A stretch of DNA of 56,885 bases, from sequence record DRR723986_44686; one strand, given 5' to 3'. The notes below the pieces were generated by a model. It was not told the DNA's origin. It saw nothing but the letters and a program-made list of their open reading frames with translations, and ran no database searches. This document shows, piece after piece, positions 10,436-19,928 of the stretch. The translations under genes and the position numbers were made by a program. How positions within the stretch are numbered: the first letter of the stretch is position 1; each line of letters opens with the position of its first letter.

Positions 10436-13400
10436 TTATCTAATTAAAATAAAAACACCAGAAGTTTCTCCTTCAAAACCTCCTCTACTTCTATAATTTC
10501 CTTTGTAAACGTAATTCCCATTCATGGCTGGCTTACCACGGAAGGTGCCATCCCAGCCTTTATCTTCCAAAGTATTGGATTCATATATGAGTTCTCCCCA
10601 TGTAGTGAACACATATACTTTCAATTCTGCAAGACCTCTATGCTTAGGGAAGAAAAAATTATTTTTGCCGTCAGTACGGTCTGGAGTGAATGCATTAGGG
10701 AATTTGATATCAAAGCTATCAATAATTTCAAGTTCCATTAATTCAGAGCTTTCACATCCAAGATCATTCCATGTTTTGAGTATGACTACAAAAGTACCAA
10801 TTTCGTTATATGTATGAGACGGCGAAGCTTCAGTGGAAGTATTTCCGTCACCGAAGTCCCACTCCCATCGAACCGGATTACCTTGGGAAAGATCTTTAAA
10901 CATTACTTCATCCCCAATACCAACCTCGGCATTAGTGACTGGCTGACCAGGCACTACTTCGATATCATATTCAAAAGAAGCTACAAGTTCTTCTTCGGCA
11001 ATTCTAACCAAAATCCTCTCTGTTGCAGTGTAGCAATCGGAATTTTTCTCCTTCATTCTAACCTTATATATGCCTGTTTCGGAAACGTTAGAAATCTCAT
11101 CCACCTTCATTTTATTACCATCATTATCCAGAACCTCATAATCATAGGTATCTGGGTCATATCCATCAATGTAAAGTGATAGATCAACTGTTTGAGTTGG
11201 GTCGCAAACTAACGAAGGGTTGCTTGTTCTTAAGGTAGGAATGGATTTGACTGTGACTACAGCTTCTGAAAGATCCCTGCTGCAGGCAGCATTAAGATCC
11301 AATTCGGCAAAGTAGCTATACGGTGAATTAGCTAAATTCAACCCTTCAATAGTGAGTACCCCCTTAGCTGTAAGGTTATAGGAGATATTTCCTTCAGTAC
11401 TATTTCCAAGAGGAATTTCATCCAGTCCATCGCTGTCTTTGAACCATGAGAACGTAAGACCACTACCCTGACCGCCCTGTACCCGAGGTGTAAGTATTGC
11501 GATATCACCTTCACAGATGGTTTGATCATCTGTTACTACTTTCAGCGGCTCATTTGTGATGGAAAGACCATCTTCCTCCACCGAGCATTGGTTCGCATCT
11601 GTGAGTGTTATATTGTAGGAACCTAGAGGTAGATTATCGATTGTAAAATCATTACCAGTCCAAACAATAGCTGAGGATGCAATCGGACCATCAGATCCTA
11701 CTACAGTTAAGTTGTAAGGGGCAGTACCTCCAGTAGCTGTTCCAAACAACCTACCGTTTGGACTTAGGCAAGTAGCTCCAATGGCGGTCAACCCTTCTAT
11801 TTCCAATGGTGCAGCAGGGCCAAGTATTGTAAAATTGCCTACCTCCACAATACAGCCGCTCGTATTTTGCGCCCTCAACGAATAGGTGCCTACCGCAAGC
11901 CCCTCAATTATAGAATTAGGATAGGAAATAAACGGACCTCCGTTCAAGCTGAATTCTAGCGTCTGATTGTTCGGAATATCCAACTCCAAACTTCCTCCAT
12001 CTCCATAGCATAACTCAGGAATAGGATTCACCTGAACTTTAGGATTACCAAACACTTCTATAGAAACTTCTTTTTCATCGCCTGCGCATATTCCTTCCCC
12101 TGATACAGTCACCCAAAGTTTGAATGGAGCATTATTGACTGTTACTCCCTCTAGAATCAAATTTCCTTTACTATCCAAGTTGTAAGTTATTCCATTTATT
12201 ACCTGGCCATCTGCGATCTGGTTGGCAGCGCTGACTGAGCTTGTGTACCAATTAAATATTGCGTTTGTATTAGCAGGATTTACCGTAGGAGTAATGGAAA
12301 TAGGGTTACCATCGCAGCTAGAATAAACTGGATCTACTATAACCTCGGATGGGCCATTATCTACAGTAACTGGCGAGGACAAGGTATAAAGACAACCTTC
12401 TGCATCGGTAATACCAAAGGTATAAGTGCCTTGACCTAATTGATCAAAGGTATAGGTCAGGTCAGATGTAGTTTGTGTAAGTTCGGTACCATCAGAAGAG
12501 GTAAGAGAAATGTTATATGGAGCAGTTCCGCCTTCCCATTCAAAGCTCAGGTATCCATCTTTCAATCCACAGGCAGCATTTTTGGAATCCACTAGAGAAG
12601 CCTTAATTTCCAAAGCAGGCTCGATGCTAACTGAAAATATCTGAGAACAAACAGCTCCTTGGGCGTCGATATCGTAATCTCCAGGAGCAAAAGTGGCCGC
12701 TGCTAATTCTGTAGCGGTATAGGATGTGCTTCCGATTTGGAATAACATACCAGGCTCTACATCTCCGGAAACTATGATTTTACCATCTGCAGCTTGAAAA
12801 CAGCTTTCTTTTTCTCCTGTAAAAGTGAGTTTAGGGAATTCAGATACTTTGAATGTAACCGGTATTTCTACTCCTGTACATTCCACAAATAAATAGTAGG
12901 TGTATGTTCCAGCTGGGAGGCCATCAATTTCAAGAGTTGAGTTCACAAAGTTAATTGGATCAACTATAATGGTATAGTTGATAGACGGATTATCCGGGTC
13001 TGGACCATCTTTGATTAAACCACTTTGATTTGGATTTTTATACCAAGCAATATTGGTTCTCGCTGAAGGGGCATTAGGATCCCCTGGCATGTGTACCGCT
13101 TCAAGGCTCACTAGCTCTCCAAAGCATACCTGAGCGGGTGGAGTGATAGTATACACTGGATCCGGAGCTATTTTTATTTCAAATTCAAAGATTTCTGAGC
13201 AGCCTTCAGCATCAGTTACGGTAAGGAAGTAAGTTCCCGCAGCGAGGTTTTCCACTTTAGAAATAGTACCGGAAACTGGCGCTCCTGTAGGAGTATCTTT
13301 GGTCCATTGATGGGTGTAATTACCCCATCCTCCAGAAATAATAACGTCAAAAATCTCCCCATTATCCTGTCCACAACTGGCCGCAAAGGTATTGTAATTA

Positions 13401-16400
13401 TCCAATGCAATAGGCCCTGCAGGTGTATCTATAACAAAATCTTCAGTAAACAAGCAACCGTCTGCTTGATTAGAATCACGCATGGTAAGGGTGTAATCAC
13501 CAGCCGGAAGATTCTCAAACAAAGGCTCTGACTGCCAGTTATTCCCATCTATACTAAACTCAAAAGTTTCGCTTCCTCCACTATAATTCTCCACTTGAAG
13601 AGTACCATTAGCATCTCCAAAACAGATAACAGGAGTTGGGGCCAAGGTCGCTGCAAGCGGAGCCAATACCTCCACGCTAGCCTCAGAGTCTACGGAACAG
13701 ATATCTACCCCACCTAATCTAGCATAATATGAATAGTTGCCCGTGGTAAGTCCAGCCACGGAAAGGCTAAAGTCTGGCAGTATTGTATAGCTTGTAGCTC
13801 CATCTTGATCTCCTGAAAGAATTTCTTGGCTGTAATTAGAATCCTTGAACCATCGTAAAGTATAAGCGGCCCCAGGAGGTGCTATAATGTCGGGAATCAG
13901 TACAGCTGATACACCGGCACAAATCTCTTGTGTTGTCGGAGTAACTTCTATTTCTATTCCATCATTGTTGGTCAAAGTGATTAATGGAAGCTGCTTCTCA
14001 CATGCATTGCTGTCTACTGCCTTGATATCATATTGCCCAGGCTCCAACTTGGATACGGTTATTACCGTGCCTGCCTCAGATGTATTAAAATCAGCCAGTG
14101 GAAGATTGTTAATTGTAATGGCATAGGAAGGAGTACCTCCTTGGAGGTCAAATGAAATAACCCCATTAGCTGCTCCACAGGTAGGGTCTTCCTGAGAAAT
14201 TAAGGTAATAACTAGCTCGGGGGTAGGTTCAATTGTTTTAGTGATTTGCTGCAGGCATCCTGTAAGTTCATTTTTCACTTCAATGATATAATCTCCGGCT
14301 GGTAGTCCTATAAAGGAATTTGAGGATGGATCAAATGAGGCGGAATTCCCTTGAATCGAATAAGAGTAATCAGGCGATCCACCAGAAACCAGTGAAAGAC
14401 TTCCGCTCGCATCTCCAAAACATAATGGAGAAACAGGTTCAAATTCCGTCGCTGGTATTGGATTGACAGTTAAGGTGACAGGAATAGGATCCAGCTGACA
14501 ATTATTAAGGATGTCAGGCTTTAGATAAAACGTGTAGGTAGCGGCAGAAGCAATATTACTTACATCAAGTTGTCCATTGCCTGAGTTGACATTAAAGGTA
14601 ATTCCAAGTGTGGAATCATCGCCAGTTAGAATTTCATCTGTTGCTCCTGCGTCTTTAAACCAGCGGAAAACCGGAACTGCGTTTGGAGTACCAGGGTTTA
14701 CTTGGGTAGGAATAATTGAGGTTGATTCATTTATACAGATTTCATCATCTTCCAGTGTGTATTCAGGTAAAATCTGAGCTATTAGGTCAGGACTCTGCTC
14801 AACTGGACAGCCATTTTTATCCTGAACCAGTATAGTATAAGTACCTTCCGGAAGATTCTCTACTAGGAATGAATTTGGAGTTGATTCAGTTGGGTTAAAT
14901 GTACTTAGAGCAGTCCCATTGATAGTAATGGTGTAGCCTCCAGCAGCAAGAGGGGTTCCTCCAGAAACTTCAAATGCCAACTGCCCATTGTCAATACCAC
15001 AGGAAGGATCTACTTCTTGAGTCACATTTAAGATGAGTTGCTCCGGGTCTACCAGTTGCACCTCAATGGTATTTTCGCATTGAGTGGCAGTATTTCTTAC
15101 TCTGATCGTATAATCACCCTCAGTAATTCCAGTATTAAATAGAGGACTGGACTGATACCCTGTCAATCCGTCGATCATGTACTCAAAATCTGAAGGGCTT
15201 CCGTTAGTTACATTTACTTCTATCAGGCCATCACTGCCTCCAAAACAGGAAGCTGACTGAGCTCTGACAATTTCTATAATCGGGAGTGGATTTACAGTAA
15301 TTGTGGCTGGCAAAATCGGCAAATCACACACTACTGGGCTGGATACACTTACAGGATCAATTGAAGGTTTGAAATAAACCTCAAATGTTTGCAAGACATC
15401 AGAATCCGGGAAATTTGAGGCAGTTAAAGTACCATTTGCAGGGTCAACTGTGAAGGTGATTCCCCAAGGATTAGGATTTGCCCCACCGATTTCTTGGGTA
15501 GCAGCTGGGTCTGAATACCATTTGTATTGGGTAGGAAGACTTGGAGTTCCAGCGACAAGAGTATTAACCCCAAGAGAAGCAGTCTGTCCAAGACATACCG
15601 TGGCATTGAAAACCTCAAAGACCGGCAAAATTTGAGGAGATATCGTTTGATCAGAACTTATCTCACATCCTTGTGCATCTTTTAGAGTAAGTGTGAGTGT
15701 ATATGGAGAAGCCGAAGAAACCAAGTTAGTAACTTCAAAAACATCATCTCCGACTTTAGTTACTGCTGGTGGAGTAGCTTCAGGATAGCCCGTGATAGAA
15801 ACAAATTCATATGACCCATTGCCGCCTTCGACCATCCATGAAATAGATCCATTATCCAGTTCACAACTAGGATCTGAATATGCAGTTACATTTAATTCTA
15901 AGGTATTGTCAGGGCCTAGAATTTCAAAATCATAGCTCTGCTCACAATCAGGATTATGTGAGGTACCAACGACAGTATAGTTACCTTTGGACAAGCCTTC
16001 AAAAAGTCCGGTAGACTGAACTGGTCTTAGCTCATTTCCACTTTCATCTAAGAGCGTGTATTCATTCAAGACCTCGTTTCCTCTTCTGAAGACAATGTCA
16101 ATACTTCCCATATTTCCCAAGCACCAATCATTCTGCACTATAGGTGGATCATTTGTGACAGCGGGATGCACGGTGACGGTAGCTGCAATTTCCAAATCTC
16201 CCAAAATGGAGCAAAAATTTTGATTTCCGGAACGGTTCTCCTCCAGCTCTACATAATAATTATAGGTGAAAGGATTTCCTGCCTGGGAGAGTAAGCCCTC
16301 AATTATCAAATTTCCAGAGGCACTAATTTCATAGATAAAACCATCTGCAGCAGGAGTACCTGGATTTGAAACTATTGGTTGAGTTTTTCCTGCATCCTTA

Positions 16401-18271
16401 TACCATAAAAATTTCGGGGTGGCTCCATTAAGGTAAATAGGATCTACTTGAGGCACAATAGTTACTGTTTCCCCTTCGCAGACTACAAAAGTATCCTCAT
16501 CCACCGTGACCGGGGTACCTAGCTCATCTTCTATTATCGGAACTGCTAACCTGTCCTCACAATAACCACCTGATCCATCTTCGAGGGGATTTCTGATGAC
16601 AAGTACATATTCACCTAGGTTAATGCCATCCAGTTCAAAGGTAACTGCATCCCCGTCACTTACTACATTACCAATAACGACACCCTCTCCCAGGTTAGTC
16701 TCAACACCAGCAGTATTTGTGTATAACCAGAAGTGCTCAAATCCTGGGACTAAATTCCCAACTTCCGCTGTGATTTTTCCATCATTTTGACCATCACAAG
16801 TCGGAAGTTCAATGACAGGATCAGAAAGGAATTCAGGAATTGGGTTAATGATTACGACTAATTCTTTTGGCTTAGAAGTTAAGCCGTAGCTATCAGTCAC
16901 CGTGTAATAAATTTTAGACCTTCCGGTAGCACCTGCGTTCGGGGTAAAAACTACCTGAACCCTATCACGCAAATCATCAAAATTGCCGTCGTTTAAGTCT
17001 TCAATTGTAGCTTCGAAAGTTCCTAAGCTTGTTGGAATCGGATCCAAATCACTGATACAGGACTCGCAAATCGGGGTTAGACCACATTGGGTATGATCAA
17101 TGTCTGATGAAAAAGTATTCCAAGGTGCTGATGGGTTATTTAGGTCCAAACCATCCTCATAGAGCTGAATACATTTAATGTAAGCCTTATCAGAACTTTT
17201 AAGATCTACATCTATAAATATTTCAAGCTCTTCATCGACACATGTTCTATAAAACTCATCGGAGGCTACTGGTCTTTGCGCTTCCTCTACTTTAGATACA
17301 TCGACTGCCAGATTTCGAATTTCATGGAAGTTTTTGTTTTCACCTGTAGCTGCAGAAAAACCTAATTTAATGTTTTCAGGTGCGTCAAAATTATAGTGGG
17401 TTGGGCCAATAACCCGATATACCGTACCTCCTACCCTGATATCTACTGTCAAATCATAGCCTACATCAGGACGTGGAGAAAGATTGACATATACCTTTCT
17501 ATATTCAGGGTCTGCGCAGGTAAGTCCAGGAAAAGGTCCTGTATCAATAGGAAATTGGTCAGCAACAGGCCTTGGCGCTATATTAACTTCTTCGTAATCG
17601 AAGACCTTATAGTCATCAATCTCCGGACCCCTAATTCCGACAGTATGAGGATATCTCATAAACCCAGGGAGTTTTGGGTTTGGTCCTAATCCATTTGGTT
17701 TATTTGGAGGCGTAGACTCCAAGCTGATAAAATTACCCCATTCATCTAGTGCAACGCCAATGTAAGCTCCAGATAATCCGGGATGAGTCACAGCTCCTTC
17801 GATTCGTGGAGCATAACCTAATGATCCTCCAAACCCTCCAATGTTAAAAGGTAGGGACGGTGGTAAATCTCCATATGCCCCATCAAACATAAAGAACACA
17901 ATGCCGTCAGCACCATCACCACCATAACTTAAGTATTCAAAAGAAACCTGAATACCATATTCTGGAGAGAAGGGCAAATCAAGGTATACATAGCCATCCT
18001 GATATTGGTTATTTCCCGTTAGCCTAATAGACTGTCCAGTAAGTGCGGTAGCTAAATTACCAGGACCGCTACCATTACCAAAAAGTGTAACATCTGGTCT
18101 TTTAATATCATTTATAGTCCCGATAAACGGCTCACAGTAAGGATAACCCTCTCTAGAAATAGATACCTGACCCTTCACTGAGCTCGGTAAAATCAGGAAA
18201 AGAATACTACTTATCCAGAGGAAGGTGGAAATAACACTGAACGATATATACCTGCTAACTAATTGGTTCAT
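10436..18271 (-). CDS. Giant SprB-like T9SS type-B substrate adhesin (L-type lectin, Ig/SprB repeats, PKD, gliding-motility CTD)
   Basis: Signal peptide; lectin-like GADGIVF..GGSLGY..GVALDEW; Cys-containing SprB-like repeats; PKD WEWDFGDG; CTD FPNAFTP..WGELIY..WDGT..G.YVY. Confidence 0.88.
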   Translation of the reverse strand: MNQLVSRYISFSVISTFLWISSILFLILPSSVKGQVSISREGYPYCEPFIGTINDIKRPDVTLFGNGSGPGNLATALTGQSIRLTGNNQYQDGYVYLDLPFSPEYGIQVSFEYLSYGGDGADGIVFFMFDGAYGDLPPSLPFNIGGFGGSLGYAPRIEGAVTHPGLSGAYIGVALDEWGNFISLESTPPNKPNGLGPNPKLPGFMRYPHTVGIRGPEIDDYKVFDYEEVNIAPRPVADQFPIDTGPFPGLTCADPEYRKVYVNLSPRPDVGYDLTVDIRVGGTVYRVIGPTHYNFDAPENIKLGFSAATGENKNFHEIRNLAVDVSKVEEAQRPVASDEFYRTCVDEELEIFIDVDLKSSDKAYIKCIQLYEDGLDLNNPSAPWNTFSSDIDHTQCGLTPICESCISDLDPIPTSLGTFEATIEDLNDGNFDDLRDRVQVVFTPNAGATGRSKIYYTVTDSYGLTSKPKELVVIINPIPEFLSDPVIELPTCDGQNDGKITAEVGNLVPGFEHFWLYTNTAGVETNLGEGVVIGNVVSDGDAVTFELDGINLGEYVLVIRNPLEDGSGGYCEDRLAVPIIEDELGTPVTVDEDTFVVCEGETVTIVPQVDPIYLNGATPKFLWYKDAGKTQPIVSNPGTPAADGFIYEISASGNLIIEGLLSQAGNPFTYNYYVELEENRSGNQNFCSILGDLEIAATVTVHPAVTNDPPIVQNDWCLGNMGSIDIVFRRGNEVLNEYTLLDESGNELRPVQSTGLFEGLSKGNYTVVGTSHNPDCEQSYDFEILGPDNTLELNVTAYSDPSCELDNGSISWMVEGGNGSYEFVSITGYPEATPPAVTKVGDDVFEVTNLVSSASPYTLTLTLKDAQGCEISSDQTISPQILPVFEVFNATVCLGQTASLGVNTLVAGTPSLPTQYKWYSDPAATQEIGGANPNPWGITFTVDPANGTLTASNFPDSDVLQTFEVYFKPSIDPVSVSSPVVCDLPILPATITVNPLPIIEIVRAQSASCFGGSDGLIEVNVTNGSPSDFEYMIDGLTGYQSSPLFNTGITEGDYTIRVRNTATQCENTIEVQLVDPEQLILNVTQEVDPSCGIDNGQLAFEVSGGTPLAAGGYTITINGTALSTFNPTESTPNSFLVENLPEGTYTILVQDKNGCPVEQSPDLIAQILPEYTLEDDEICINESTSIIPTQVNPGTPNAVPVFRWFKDAGATDEILTGDDSTLGITFNVNSGNGQLDVSNIASAATYTFYLKPDILNNCQLDPIPVTLTVNPIPATEFEPVSPLCFGDASGSLSLVSGGSPDYSYSIQGNSASFDPSSNSFIGLPAGDYIIEVKNELTGCLQQITKTIEPTPELVITLISQEDPTCGAANGVISFDLQGGTPSYAITINNLPLADFNTSEAGTVITVSKLEPGQYDIKAVDSNACEKQLPLITLTNNDGIEIEVTPTTQEICAGVSAVLIPDIIAPPGAAYTLRWFKDSNYSQEILSGDQDGATSYTILPDFSLSVAGLTTGNYSYYARLGGVDICSVDSEASVEVLAPLAATLAPTPVICFGDANGTLQVENYSGGSETFEFSIDGNNWQSEPLFENLPAGDYTLTMRDSNQADGCLFTEDFVIDTPAGPIALDNYNTFAASCGQDNGEIFDVIISGGWGNYTHQWTKDTPTGAPVSGTISKVENLAAGTYFLTVTDAEGCSEIFEFEIKIAPDPVYTITPPAQVCFGELVSLEAVHMPGDPNAPSARTNIAWYKNPNQSGLIKDGPDPDNPSINYTIIVDPINFVNSTLEIDGLPAGTYTYYLFVECTGVEIPVTFKVSEFPKLTFTGEKESCFQAADGKIIVSGDVEPGMLFQIGSTSYTATELAAATFAPGDYDIDAQGAVCSQIFSVSIEPALEIKASLVDSKNAACGLKDGYLSFEWEGGTAPYNISLTSSDGTELTQTTSDLTYTFDQLGQGTYTFGITDAEGCLYTLSSPVTVDNGPSEVIVDPVYSSCDGNPISITPTVNPANTNAIFNWYTSSVSAANQIADGQVINGITYNLDSKGNLILEGVTVNNAPFKLWVTVSGEGICAGDEKEVSIEVFGNPKVQVNPIPELCYGDGGSLELDIPNNQTLEFSLNGGPFISYPNSIIEGLAVGTYSLRAQNTSGCIVEVGNFTILGPAAPLEIEGLTAIGATCLSPNGRLFGTATGGTAPYNLTVVGSDGPIASSAIVWTGNDFTIDNLPLGSYNITLTDANQCSVEEDGLSITNEPLKVVTDDQTICEGDIAILTPRVQGGQGSGLTFSWFKDSDGLDEIPLGNSTEGNISYNLTAKGVLTIEGLNLANSPYSYFAELDLNAACSRDLSEAVVTVKSIPTLRTSNPSLVCDPTQTVDLSLYIDGYDPDTYDYEVLDNDGNKMKVDEISNVSETGIYKVRMKEKNSDCYTATERILVRIAEEELVASFEYDIEVVPGQPVTNAEVGIGDEVMFKDLSQGNPVRWEWDFGDGNTSTEASPSHTYNEIGTFVVILKTWNDLGCESSELMELEIIDSFDIKFPNAFTPDRTDGKNNFFFPKHRGLAELKVYVFTTWGELIYESNTLEDKGWDGTFRGKPAMNGNYVYKGNYRSRGGFEGETSGVFILIR

Positions 18272-18299
18272 TAATAGCCCATTGTGGTGTCTTGGCTTT

Positions 18300-18339
18300 C
18301 AAATATAAGCATATACAGGATAAGGGGATTGCAAAATTA
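18300..18339 (-). promoter_or_regulatory. Possible internal Bacteroidota promoter for the adhesin gene
   Basis: Two TAnnTTTG matches on the minus strand (TATATTTG 18300-18307; TAATTTTG 18332-18339) in an 88-bp gap. Confidence 0.4.
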
Positions 18340-18359
18340 ATTTAACCTATAAAATGGAA

Positions 18360-19664
18360 TTATAGTCGTGCATCTATAAGTTTTTTGTCCAAAATGCCTT
18401 TTACATCAAAGACCACCTGACTGTCTGATTTCTGAATCTCCAGACTAGCAAATTCTTTGTGGGCGACAGCGAGAATAATCGCCGAATACTCAGTCAGATT
18501 AGGCACGTTTGTACCCGACAGAATATCGATGCCATATTCATGCCTAACTTCAATAGGGTTTGCCCAAGGATCATACACATCGACATTTATGTCGTAAGTT
18601 TTGAGTTCTTGGTAAATATCGATCACGCGTGTATTACGCACATCAGGACAGTCCTCTTTAAAGGTAAAACCCAGAATCAAAACATGAGCATCAATCACTT
18701 TGAGATCTTTTCGCATCATCAATTTGATCACTTCCGTAGCGACATGCTTTCCCATGCTGTCATTTAGGCGTCGACCAGCCAAGATGATTTCAGGGTGATA
18801 TCCCATTTCCTGAGCCTTCTGGGCCAAGTAAAATGGATCCACTCCTATACAGTGCCCACCTACCAAGCCCGGCTTAAATTTCAAGAAATTCCATTTTGTA
18901 CCAGCGGCTTCAAGTACCTCGTTGGTATCTATACCTAATAGATTGAAAATCTTTGAAAGTTCATTTACAAAAGCGATGTTGATATCTCTTTGAGAGTTTT
19001 CAATCACTTTCGCCGCTTCTGCTACTTTAATAGAGGAGGCTTTATAGGTACCGGCAGTTATAACTGTGCGATACAACTGATCTACAAATTCAGCAATTTC
19101 GGGGGTAGATCCTGAGGTTACTTTCAGAATCTTTGCAACCGTATGCTCCTTGTCTCCGGGGTTAATTCGCTCAGGAGAATATCCTGCAAAAAAGTCTTCA
19201 TTGAATTTTAATCCTGATATTTGCTCGAGTAAAGGCACACATTCATCTTCGGTAACTCCCGGATAAACGGTTGATTCGTAGATCACTACATCGCCTTTTT
19301 TTAAGTATTGTGCAATATTCTCCGATGCTTTTAGCATTGGCGTGAGTACAGGTCGATTATGCTTATCGGTAGGAGTAGGTACAGTTACTATATAAACTGT
19401 ACAATCTGCTAAATCTGCAGATTGAGCGGTGGGAAGTAATCCCTTCGGGTTTTTCTCAGAAAAGTTAGTTACTGTGACAGAACTCAGTAAATCGTCTTCT
19501 ACTTCCAGTGTTTTATCTTTGCCGGCATTCAGCTCTCCTACTCGCTTTGAATCTATATCAAATCCAATTGTAGGATATTTTTTAGCGAACTCTACAGCCA
19601 ATGGTAACCCCACATATCCTAAACCGATAATCCCGATTTTCACTTCATTCAACTCTTTACTCAT
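18360..19664 (-). CDS. UDP-N-acetylhexosamine 6-dehydrogenase (TviB/WbpO/WbpA family)
   Basis: [34 protein letters not shown] and [10 protein letters not shown] motifs. Confidence 0.93.
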   Translation of the reverse strand: MSKELNEVKIGIIGLGYVGLPLAVEFAKKYPTIGFDIDSKRVGELNAGKDKTLEVEDDLLSSVTVTNFSEKNPKGLLPTAQSADLADCTVYIVTVPTPTDKHNRPVLTPMLKASENIAQYLKKGDVVIYESTVYPGVTEDECVPLLEQISGLKFNEDFFAGYSPERINPGDKEHTVAKILKVTSGSTPEIAEFVDQLYRTVITAGTYKASSIKVAEAAKVIENSQRDINIAFVNELSKIFNLLGIDTNEVLEAAGTKWNFLKFKPGLVGGHCIGVDPFYLAQKAQEMGYHPEIILAGRRLNDSMGKHVATEVIKLMMRKDLKVIDAHVLILGFTFKEDCPDVRNTRVIDIYQELKTYDINVDVYDPWANPIEVRHEYGIDILSGTNVPNLTEYSAIILAVAHKEFASLEIQKSDSQVVFDVKGILDKKLIDARL

Positions 19665-19850
19665 AGTTTCTTAATATTCTATATAACTGAGTTTTAAAAC
19701 TGATTAATCACTTATAAACTCAAGATTTGTCATGACCTCTATTCTATGCACGCTCTTCGCAAATGGAATATATGCTTCTGAAGGATAACTCTGTACTGCC
19801 CTACTGGAAAAACGTTTCAGTAGGGTTCCTAAACTTGTATTTCGCTGTAA

Positions 19851-19869
19851 TGAGTACCAAAGTTACTCA
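19851..19869. promoter_or_regulatory. Palindromic operator candidate, copy 1 (TGAGTAcCAAAGtTACTCA)
   Basis: 6-bp perfect arms with a 7-bp spacer; 17/19 identical to 43288-43306. Confidence 0.72.
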
Positions 19870-19887
19870 CTCCAATTTGACAGCAAA
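19858..19887 (-). promoter_or_regulatory. Bacteroidota sigma-A promoter of operon B
   Basis: -7 box TAACTTTG (19865-19858) and TTTG -33 box (19887-19884), 18-nt spacer. Confidence 0.65.
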
Positions 19888-19928
19888 ACTAACAGAATTT
19901 GATTGATTATAAATTTTGCTTAAGTAAT

